Part shown: positions 50,290 to 60,162 of the stretch, piece after piece
How the letters are laid out: every line of letters starts with the position of its first letter
Position numbering within the stretch: the first letter of the stretch is position 1
DNA from: Pristiophorus japonicus
Lineage: Eukaryota
NCBI RefSeq assembly: GCF_044704955.1
Contig: NC_091981.1
Location: 71,734,001-71,798,000, forward strand
Reading direction: 5' to 3'
DNA: 64,000 nucleotides
Made by a program: the position numbers and the translations under genes
The notes under the pieces: generated by a model
Seen by the model: the letters and a program-made list of their open reading frames with translations, nothing else
The model's database searches: none
Told to the model about the DNA's origin: nothing

Positions 50290-50799
50290 TGCCTGAGGGC
50301 TCTGCGACCACTGTTGCGCATGGACATGTTTATTCTTTGGAGTTGTTCCTATGTTGTGTTGTGTTAATGGAAGATGATTCAGTTTTAATTAAAAAATATT
50401 TTATTGAAAAGTTAACGTTACTGTAATAAAATATTTGTTGTACGAAACTTTACTTTTTAATATGACTCCTGAAGATCACTTAAAAACTTTAAGATCACTT
50501 ATAAACTTGTAAAGTTACAGATCAATTTCAATGTGAAAAATATCACACTCTTAAGATCACTTAAACTTCAAGATCACTTTTAGGTGCATAATTAAATAAG
50601 TTACAAAAAGTGAGAGCATTTACACTATAAGATCACTTAAAAACCCTAAGATCACTTATAAGTTGTAAAGTTACAAAACTTACTAAACAATTTCAATTTG
50701 AAAAACGCTACTACAGCTACATCAAGAACAAGAACAAAAGCAGCAAAGAAAGGCTGCAACCATGTCTCATCCATATTTCAGTGAATGTTCACTTCCTCA

Positions 50800-52277
50800 T
50801 GGGGGTGTCATTTGATTGGCAGGGATGTGTGCCCTTATTGCAGTAGCTACCTACCTGATGGCCTGTGCCATCATTGGCATGCCCTCCCTGACGGCCTGTG
50901 CCATCACTTGCACTCTCTCAGACTTTCCCTCCCTAAGTTCCCGTGTCATTACTGCTATTTCTCCGTCAGGTCCGTCATCTCTTCACCCACTGCACTGACG
51001 CTACCGATGAGTGCTCGTGTAAGCTCATTGGTCTCCATACCTAATGCCACAACTAGAGCCGCATCTATTGTACGCTGCATCTCAGGAGAGCGTGTCTCCA
51101 ATCTCCTTCTCCTCTGCCAGGGTCTGCCTCGCGGCACCACTGCACTGGGAGGCGTGGGCAGGGACGGTGGGACGCTCGGTGTTCCAAACGGCACCACTAC
51201 ACAGGGAGGTGCGGGCTGGGATGGTGGGACGGTTGGTGTTCCAAACGGCACCACTACACAGGGACGGTGGGACGCTCGGTGTTGCAGACGGCAGTACTAG
51301 AGAGAGAGGCATGGGCTGGGATGGTGGGATGCTCTGTATTCCAGACGGCAGTACTAGAGAGAGAGGCGCGGACTGGGACGGTGGGGTGTTCGGTGTTCCA
51401 GACGACAGCACTCGAGTGCGAGCCGTGGGCTGGGATGGTGGGTGAATGGGTATAAACTGCTCCATTATATCACCAGCACCACTGGGATCCACAACGCCGG
51501 AATCAAAACCATGGAAGGTGGAACCAGAACCTATGCAAGAGGGAGGCGCAGGCTGGGACGGTGGTGCACTGGCTGTAAACTGCTGCATTACACCAGCAGC
51601 ACCACTGGAACCCGCAACATCGGAATCAAAACCATGGAAGGTGGAACAACCTTCTTCTTCTTCTTCTTCTCCTCCTCCTCCAACTACAACTACAACTACA
51701 ACAACAACAACATAGCAGACCAGGCAGCAGGTTGATTTGAAGGGCCACGATGCATTTTCAAGACTTACCCTCTTCCTCGCGTGCGGGCCCAGATGTGCTG
51801 TACTGATTGCTTTTCTCCATGTACGACTCATCATAGCAGCTACCCTCTATTCCAAGGGTGTCAGTGGATGTAGATTGGGCGTCCCTCCTCCTGTTCAAGT
51901 TGCTTCTCTTTTGTTGTGGGCCAATTTCTTCTGCAAAGAGTAAAATATAACTTTTTACAGAGTGCGTCTTTCTGCAGGGTGGGACATACAGATAGTCACG
52001 ATACGATTACATTAAAAAATGAAATATTACTTACACTAACTACTTGATCAAGGTCATGCCATTTCTTTTTACACTGGCTTTCAGATCTCATAGTATGCAC
52101 CACTGCGCAGTAATCTTCTACAACTTGGTTCCAGCGTTTCTTCATTTCTTTAGGTGGCACTTTTATGCGACCTTTGTTGCTGGTATCTAGCTCCTGCCAT
52201 CTATGCTCAATGACGTTGACTAATATCTCCACTTCCTCATGCAAGGAATTCTTTGTTCTTGGTGGACGTTGTTCCAT
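50800..52277 (-). pseudogene. Harbinger Myb/SANT-like DNA-binding gene: exon 1 52277-52035, GT-AG intron 52034-51931, exon 2 degraded
   Basis: EEVEILV..RW..KKRWNQV..RSESQCKKKWHDL|KKLAHNKREAT*TGGG; donor gtaagt, acceptor tttgcag. Confidence 0.8.
51130..51712. repeat. Tandem ~60-bp and ~120-bp repeats plus a compound microsatellite (TTC/CTC/AACTAC/AAC) inside the Harbinger Myb gene
   Basis: Repeated gggacggtggg..gttcca.acggca; two copies of taaactgct..accagca.cactgg..ggaatcaaaaccatggaaggtggaac; microsatellite at 51651-51711. Confidence 0.9.
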
Positions 52278-54267
52278 TGCTGTATTGAATTGACAGTCTT
52301 ATGTTTCAAAACACATAGTCCTTAATTTGCATGTACCTATGCAGCACCTGTTCTGGAAGTTTAGCAATGAAAAGCAGCACTCACTGATTTCAGCAGGTAA
52401 TTTATTCAACAATGCTGCTAAAAGCACTCCTTCAGACACCAAGAAATCAACAAAATTCAATCCCAAGCCTTTCCAGAGGTCCACAAGACAAATCAGCACT
52501 TTTCTTTAAGTTCCTTTAAAAATGGCCGAGTGCCAATATTTCTGGGCTACTGCGCGTGCACGCACACTCCAATGCGCACGCGCAGGGCTGCCGGCATGAC
52601 GTTCCCTCATTTGACTTAGCCCCGCCCCCCCTCCACTTACAGAATCGGCACAACTCTGTGGCACCGCCCCCCGCTGCTGTCTGCGCGTCGCGCCGAGCTC
52701 CCAGAGACCAGCAAGGAGCCCGAGAATTACGAGGTAGATTTTTGTTGCGCTTTCAGGCGTGAAAAACAGGCGTCCATGTCGGGGCTGTGCCGTTCTAGGC
52801 GTGGCCCAAAACTTGACCCCTTTATTCCTGCAGGTGGCCAAAATGATGTGAATCAGACGCATAATGGGACTTCTGATACTTGTTGCTGTTACCAACCAGT
52901 TCTCAAATATTATCATCATCCGGAAAGGAGTCAAGATGCCAACCAACAATATGCCATTGTTAGAATGGTGAGCGGCTTCAGGAGATGGATGCAATATGAC
53001 TGTGTACTGTGTTTATTGTGAGCACGAAAATAAGACTGATTGGACTTTGAATATATGGCCAGAGAAGGTGAAGGAATTAAAATAAAGTGTCTATGTGTAC
53101 TGGCTTCTGTAAGAATATAGCTTGAGGCAAGCGATAACTCCAATTTCATCAGCTTGCGTCAACTGCAACACCAAGAAATATGGCCAAAGATCAGGGCTTC
53201 AGTTTCCAAATCCTTTATTATGCACGGTGAACTGTAGGAATACAAAACAAGAAACACCACTAGATTTCTTGCAGTACACCATCAGGAACAATACAATGAT
53301 TCAAGAACAATCCAATAAAGCATCAATAAAGAGAAATTACTTAATTAACTGTGGTTCTGGAGGGGTCACATTAACAGAGGTCTAATTCCTAACTAACAAG
53401 TTAAACTTTAGCAGCAAAAGGTCTGACTGTGTGCATGTTTTTTTCATCACTCTCTCCCGACTCCAAAGGGCGCTACCCTGTGACAGGAAACGCTGCACCA
53501 GACTACGATGTCTCAGTGTCTCAAAGTGGCTCAGAGACCATCACACTATGTACTAAAGACAACGTTCAAGTAACCCCAGAGTTTCACTTAGGAAAAGGAA
53601 CGTTTGTAGATCCAGGATTTGGGTTCAATGAAATGGTTAAGATTACACTAAATAGTTTGGGGATCTCATATTTGGGACAGCACTTGAATACACTGAATTG
53701 CCTAAAATAGGTAACAGACACAGGGGAATGGTAGGATGCTATAATGCAGAGCTAGGGGGACACATGCAAGGAAAATACAACAGTTTGAAATCGGGGGAAG
53801 AACAGAGAAGATAATATTGCAAAGGAGAAGCGACAAGCATAAAAAATGAGAGGTGCCCATTATTGACAAAGGGACCATCAAACCATTTGGTTGTCACCCG
53901 TAGCTATCAGCAATTGTATAGTGATGTTCGGTATGAAATTATTCTCGTAATTTTTAATTTTACAGGTATTCCCTTCCCCAGAAATTTATGTCCTAAAGGA
54001 TACCATGGATACTAATGTGAGGAAAATGGTAAAGGATTTTTTGGATAAGAACCATGCACAAGACAAATGGGGTTCATGGGATATCGAAAAAACTTAACAT
54101 TTCAGGTTATAATAGCAGCCATTTGAGAATGAAAAGAGGCCTGGGGGAATGGATAGTTATAGGAGCCACTGCAGGAACTGCTGCCTTGAACAGAGTAGAT
54201 ATAGAGACTATGTTGGAACATGACGAGATAATGAGACAGCTGAAAGGCCTTCTATCTGGCATGAATT

Positions 54268-56652
54268 AAGAACATAAGAAATATAAACAGGAATAGGCCA
54301 TACCACCCCTTGAGCCTGCTCCGCCATTCAATAAGATCATGGCTGACCTGATATTGGACTCAGCTCCACTTCCCTGCCAACTCCCCATAACCCCTTATCC
54401 CCTTATCGTTTAAGAAACTGTCTATTTCTGACTTAAATGTATTCAATGTCCCAGCTTCCACAGCTCTCTGAGGCAGCGAGTTCCACAGTTTTACAACCCT
54501 CAGAGAAGAAATTTCTCCTCATCTCTGTTTTAAATGTGCGGCCCCTTATTCTAAGATCATACCCTCTAGTTCTAGTCTCTCCCATCAGTGGAAACACCCT
54601 CTCTGCATCCACCTTGTCAAGTCAAGTTTTTTTGAAGGTGAAAAAAAAGCACCTCCGACAGTGGAGCACTCCCTCAGTACTGTGCTGGAATGTCAGCATA
54701 GATTTTTGTCCTCAGGTCTCATGAAGTGGGACTTGACCCTCAACTTTCTGACTCAGAGGGAAGGGTGCTACCAAATGAGCCATGCTGACTCATACCTACT
54801 ATTTGGAGGTGCATTACTTGAGATGTAGTAAATATTTGTATTTGTAAGCACATTTTGTAAGTCTTGCCATCTATTGCCCATCTCTAAGTTGCCCTGAGAA
54901 GATGGTGGTGGGCCTCCTTCTTAAATTTTATACGTTTTGATAAGATCACCTCTCATTCTTCTGAATTCCAATGAGTAGAGGCCCAATCTACTCAACCTTT
55001 CCTCATAAGTTAACCTCCTCATCCCCGGAATTAACCTAGTGAACCTTCTCTGAACTGCCTCCAAAGCAAGTATATCCTTTCATAAATATGGAAACCAAAA
55101 CTGCACGCAGTATTCCAGATGTGGCCTCACCAATACCTTATATAACTGTAGCAAGACTTCTCTGCTTTTATACTCCACCCCCTTTGCAATAAAGGCCAAG
55201 ATTCCATTGGCCCTCTTGATCACTTGCTGTACCTGCATACAATCCTTTTGTGTTTCATGCACAAGTACCCCCAGGTCCTGCTGTACTGTGGCACTTTGCA
55301 ATCTTTCTCCATTTAAATAATAACTTGCTCTTTGATTTTTTTCTGCCAAAGTGCATGACCTCACACTTTCCAACATTATACATCTGCCAAATTTTTGTCC
55401 ACTCACTTAGCCTGTCTGTGTCCTTTTGCAGATTTTTTGTGTCCTCCTCACACGTTGCTTTTCCTCCCATCTTTGTATCGTCAGAAAACTTGGCTACGTT
55501 ACACTCAATCCCTTCTTCCAAGTCATTAATATAGATTGTAAATAGTTGGGGTCCCAGCACTGATCCCTGCGGCACCCCACTAGTTACTGGTTGCCAACCA
55601 GAGAATGAACCATTTATCCAAACTCTGTTTTCTGTTAGGTAGCCAATCTTCTATTCAAGCTAATATATTACCCCCAACCCCGTGAACTTTTATCTTGTGC
55701 TGTAACCTTTTATGTGGCACCTTCTCAAATGCCTTCTGGAAGTCCAAATACTACATCCACTGGTTCCCCTTTATCCACCCTGTTCATTTCATCCTCAAAG
55801 AACTCCAGCAAATTTGTCAAACATGACTTCCTCTTCATAAATCCATGCTGACTCTGCCTGACCGAATTTTGCTTTTCCAAATGTCCTGCTGCTGCTTCTT
55901 TAATAATGGACTCCAACATTTTCCCAACCTCAGATGTTAGGCTAACTGGTCTATAGTTTCCTGCTTTTTGCCTGCCTCCATTTTTAAATAGAGGCATTAC
56001 ATTTGCAGTTTTCCAATCTACTGGGACCTCCCCAGAATCCAGGGAATTTTGGTAAATTACAACCAATGCATCCACAATCCCTGTCACTACTTCTCTTAAG
56101 ACCCTAGGATGCAAGCCATCAGGTCCAGGAGATTTATCTGCCTTTAGTCCCATTATCTTACTGAGTACCACCTCCTTCGTGATTGTGATTGCGTTAAGTT
56201 CCCTCTTCCACCCCCCGCCCCATAGCCCCTAGACTATCCACTGTCGGAATATTGTCTGTGTCCTCTATCATAAAGACTGATACAAAATATTTGTTCAGAA
56301 TTTCTGCTATCTCCATGTTCCCCATTACTAATTCTCTGGTCTCGTCCTCTAAGGGACCAACATTTACTTTTGTCACTTTTTTCCTTTTTATATACATATA
56401 GAAACTCTTGCTATCTGTTTTTATATTTTTTGCTAGTTTACTTTCATAGTCTATCTTCCCTTTCTTAATAATTTTTTTAGTCGTTCTTTGCTGGCTTTTA
56501 ATAGCTTCCCAATCTTCTGTCCTCCCACTAGTTTTGGCCATTTTGTATGCCCTTGTTTTTAATTGGATACCGTCCTTTATTTCTTTAGTTAGCCACGGAT
56601 GGCTATCTTTTCTCTTACACTCTTTCCTCCTCACTAGAATATATTTTTCTGG
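54268..56652 (-). mobile_element. 5'-truncated CR1 inserted in env
   Basis: Tail aagaacataagaa at 54268; RT motifs in ORFs 55080-56634. Confidence 0.93.
54640..54790 (-). mobile_element. tRNA-derived SINE with a Deu-like domain (SacSINE1-like), partial
   Basis: Minus strand: A-box tggctcatttgg, B-box-like ggtcaagtccc, then gtactgagggagtgctccactgtcggaggtgc. Confidence 0.7.
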
Positions 56653-57037
56653 AATGAGAGAGATTCAGACACCATACAGCAGTTAGAGAATGTGCTGATA
56701 ATCACACGAGACGAAACTAAAATATACGGACAAATTCAAGGCCATTTTAACAATGCAACAAGAGGGATCAATAAAACAGCAAGACATCTCGAGAGTTATG
56801 GTATCTCAATTTAGGGGAGTTATATGATGGATTAAGTAATGGCAAGATTAGGTGAAATAGAACGCAACCGGGTCCCCTCATTCGTCGACAATTCCATGAT
56901 TAGGAAATGGCTTCATTATGATAGTATATAATGTAAATCATTCCTGTATTGCTGTGGCTGCCACAGATGCACAAGATGAGACTTGGGATGTATTTCAGGT
57001 CAAATCGATAGGGATACTGGAAGGAAGGGTCCACAAG

Positions 57038-58598
57038 AGCCCCGCCTGTCCTTCTACAGGTGCTCCTTTCCACCGAGGATAATGAGGTGGAGGAGGAGCC
57101 TGCAGCACTGTCATCTTGCATTCCTGCGACCACGTTCTCACCCAGCAAGGAAGCAGCGGGACCAGGCTCCTTGCAGCAGAGCACCCTAAGTGGTTCCATG
57201 CCTGCGCTGACCCCACGGAGGTTGGTTCGGCAAGGTCGCACTGCTTCAAGACAGGCAGATGTAAATATGGACGTAGTGGAACTGTCCAGAACGAGCGTCG
57301 ACATAGGTCGAGAGCTCCTCCAGGCAATGGGCAGGTTAACTGGCCACGTTACTGCTCTGACCGCGATAGTCTCGCAGGAAATGCCATGGATGGTAGCGGT
57401 GATGGAGAGAATAGCCGAGTCCATGGATGCCAGGCGGCAACCAGTGGTCCCGGAATATGGCACTGCACCCCAAGGTGCCGTACTGCCATTGCCACCGACA
57501 CGTGAGTCAGGAGGAAGCTCTTGCTTCTGACTCGGAGGACGTTTTTTTGGAAACATCCTCTCCATCTTCAGCCCCATCTTTGAATCTGCCGTCACCCGCC
57601 ACACAGCAGCATCACTCGAGGTGCCCTGCTACAAGGCGGCTTGTAGTTTGTACAAGGGGAGTGGGGGGTAAAGGAAAAGAGAGGCGTGGCCGCAGGTAAG
57701 GAGGGTGGGGTTTATTATTATTGTTATTTAAAAATGTGTTGACTGTTGGGTGGTGGTTTGTTATATTTATAATTGTTTTTTAAAGTATGTTGTTTTTATT
57801 ATTGTTAGTTGGTATTTAAAACATTTTCATGGCGGAGTGGGGCTACATGGGTGTTTGCTGTTAATAACATTTGTTCTTTATAAAATTTTCATTGTTGGGG
57901 TGGGGGTTTGTTGCAAAAAAAATTGTTTAACACATTTCTAATCATTAACATTTTTTTATTTAACTTAACTTGCAGTGTCTTCAAATAGCAGCAATGTTAA
58001 GCATATACAAAGTTTGCAAACACTGGCCAGGCCAGGAAAGGCAAGGATGAAATGTAATGTAACACAACTGTAATTGTAACTGCCACCAACATAACGAAAA
58101 GCGTTCATTTATGAGCTGCAAACACAACAGTCTTGCAGCTGCAGAACTACTACCAACGTTATTTCAAGTAAAGCATTAAGTTATGAGCTGCTGACGTAAC
58201 AGTCTTGTAACTGCGTAATTACCACGGGGCTTTTCCTGCAGTCTATGGTGGGGTGGGGGCATGGTTTTAACACCAGCCTGGTTGTCCTCACCGAGGACCT
58301 TGTCCACCTCCTCATCCTTCTCTTCTGTCTCTCCTCTCTCCTGAAGTGGACCGGCAGTCCCATCTGGCAATTCTTGTCCCCTCCTGATAGCTAAGTTATG
58401 CAACATGTAGCACACCACAATGAACTGAACGACCTGCTCAGGGTGATATTGTAAGTCACCTCCTGAGTGGTCCAGCCATCTGAAGTGCTGCTTAAGCACT
58501 CCAATTGTCTTTTTGATGATATTGCATGTGGCTATGTGGCTTTCGTTGTAGCACTTCTCAACATCCATCTGGGGGTTCATCAGCCAGCTAGCAAGGCC
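57038..58598. mobile_element. Second Harbinger fragment: Myb-gene 3' exon (+, ~57058-57700) convergent with transposase C-terminus (-, 58176-58598)
   Basis: GLASWLMNP..EKCYNESHIAT.NIIKKTIGVLKQHFRWLD.SGG.LQY.P..V..F..VC..LHNLA is a HARBI1-type C-half; acceptor ttctacag at 57059. Confidence 0.8.
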
Positions 58599-58599
58599 A

Positions 58600-59416
58600 T
58601 GGGGTAGAACCTCCACCTTTGAGGTTATCGCTCAAAAATGGGTGTTATTTCCGGCGTGGGCAGTAAAAAAGGTTTTTCAGATCATCGGCTTCTCGCCCAT
58701 TCTCAAAACACTTAGTTTACATTTTTGAAAATGTGTGTTACCATGAGCGATATCAAGTGGGCGGTAGCGTTAAATTATTTTGACCTTCTGCTGTAAAGTG
58801 TAGCCATCCTTAGCAACTTTAGAGCTTCACAGCAAGTAGACAAACAAAAAGTAGCTGTTAACAGCCACATATTTGACAAAATTTGCCCTATAATGGAGGA
58901 GGCATCACAGCATGCTATGGAGACTGAAGCTGGAGAGAGCAGTGAGGTGGGAAGGAGCACATTGGAGGCCGCAAAAGAGCCAGGAGGTTCTCAGATGAGG
59001 CAAATGCCTCCCTCCTGCAGGAGGTCGAGTCACGCTGGGGTGATTTGACATGGGTGGGGGGGCATGGGAAGCCCACCCCAAAGGCCTACCAGAGCAAATA
59101 GACCAAAATAGCAGAGGTGGTTTCATCAGCGACCAACAAGGTGCGTGAGGGCAACCAATGCCGCAAACGATGGAACAACCTTGTGGGATACGCAAGAGTA
59201 AGTATTACATTGAATTACATGTATTTATGTATTTATATAATTTGATTTGTAACAGTCATGAGTGACTATCATCAGATGTGAGGTCTTTCACTTTTACCGG
59301 GAATGTTTTACTCAAAGCCTGCGGTGATGGTGTACGTCTTTAGGTAAAGAATGATAATCATAATAATCATGATTACATCTGTTGGTTATGTGTTGTATCA
59401 GTATCTGCGACAGAAC
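58600..59416 (+). mobile_element. Third Harbinger left end with a Myb/SANT exon (~58893-59197); LTR element inserted in its intron
   Basis: Starts ggggtagaa; RARRFSDEANASLLQEVESRW..REGNQCRKRWNNLVGYAR, then donor gtaagt. Confidence 0.7.
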
Positions 59417-60106
59417 TGTTGTAGGAGGTAGGCACCTTTAGAATATACCAGAATACTAGGCATTAGGCACCTGCTAGATATATCTAAACGCATATAAGTT
59501 TAAAGTGGCCACACATAAAATGGCTGCCCAGGCATGATGGGAAATCAGGTAGTCAAGCTGTGAACTGTTGAATGTTCAATGACCGAGCAATAACCCTGTG
59601 AGGCCCACTATAGGAATGCCTTGGATGCAGGATAAGAATAATGAGGAGAGAACCCATCTCCCATATTCAAGGCCATAAACCAATTAATTCCCCAGGAAGA
59701 AAGAGATAAGAGAACCCATCTCCTGTAAACAAGGTTATAAACTAATTATTTCTCCAAGAAGAAAGAACTAGTGAGAGAACCTATATCAATCAGCCCAAGC
59801 TGACAAAAGACGAACACATGGTTCCTGAGACATAAGGGGAATTCTATTGGGTTAAAATAACCTATATGTAATCTATAATCATTGTGATTGGCTTGTGTCC
59901 AGCCGTGATGGGCTGTGTAGCTGTAGTAAACTGTTTTGTAACTGTTGTGAAACATATAAAGGTGCATGTAATCCTTTGTTCTGTGAAGAGAAACCTGGAT
60001 ACGGTCCTGAGTTTTTCCTTCCCGCTGAGCGTAATAAAAGCTGCTTCAGCATTGGAACCGACCCTGAGTGTTGAGTGATTCTTCTAAGAAAACACTAACG
60101 CTAACA
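59417..60106 (+). repeat. 5' LTR of element 2
   Basis: TGTTG...CTAACA; TATA-like catataaa at about 59953; AATAAA at 60033; ~63-bp U3 repeats; PBS 1 nt downstream. Confidence 0.85.
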
Positions 60107-60107
60107 A

Positions 60108-60125
60108 TGGCGTAGTCGACGGGAT
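60108..60125 (+). promoter_or_regulatory. Primer binding site, tRNA-Ser
   Basis: TGGCGTAGTCGACGGGAT matches 16/18 to the complement of the recalled vertebrate tRNA-Ser 3' end (TGGCGTAGTCGGCAGGAT). Confidence 0.85.
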
Positions 60126-60162
60126 TTCCCGGAGTCGCTGGACGCCCTTGGAAAAAACCCGG

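Larger units (their letters stand above)
49389..52820. mobile_element. PIF/Harbinger DNA transposon, internally deleted
   Basis: TIRs GGGGTCAAGTTT at 49389 and AAACTTGACCCC ending at 52820; convergent transposase remnant and Myb/SANT gene. Confidence 0.88.
52864..57037 (+). pseudogene. env of provirus 1 (52864-54267 + 56655-57037), degraded, F-protein-like layout
   Basis: Acceptor ttattcctgcag at about 52833; MGLLILVAV start; Cys-rich region; CPLLTKGP..LYSDVRYEIILVIFNFTGI; furin site RMKR then GLGEWIVIGATAGTAALN; heptads continue after the CR1 insertion (ERDSDTIQQLENV..ARLGEIERNRVPSFVD). Confidence 0.8.

Noticed and set aside
49640-51650. Regularly spaced repeats as a CRISPR-like array
   Set aside because: Eukaryotic context; the spacers are themselves homologous; they lie inside a Harbinger transposon
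54700-54790. tRNA-like A/B boxes as a tRNA gene
   Set aside because: Continues into a Deu-like SINE body; degenerate SINE head
56900-57604. 234-aa minus-strand ORF
   Set aside because: Antisense to a Harbinger Myb-gene exon and crosses the env/Harbinger junction
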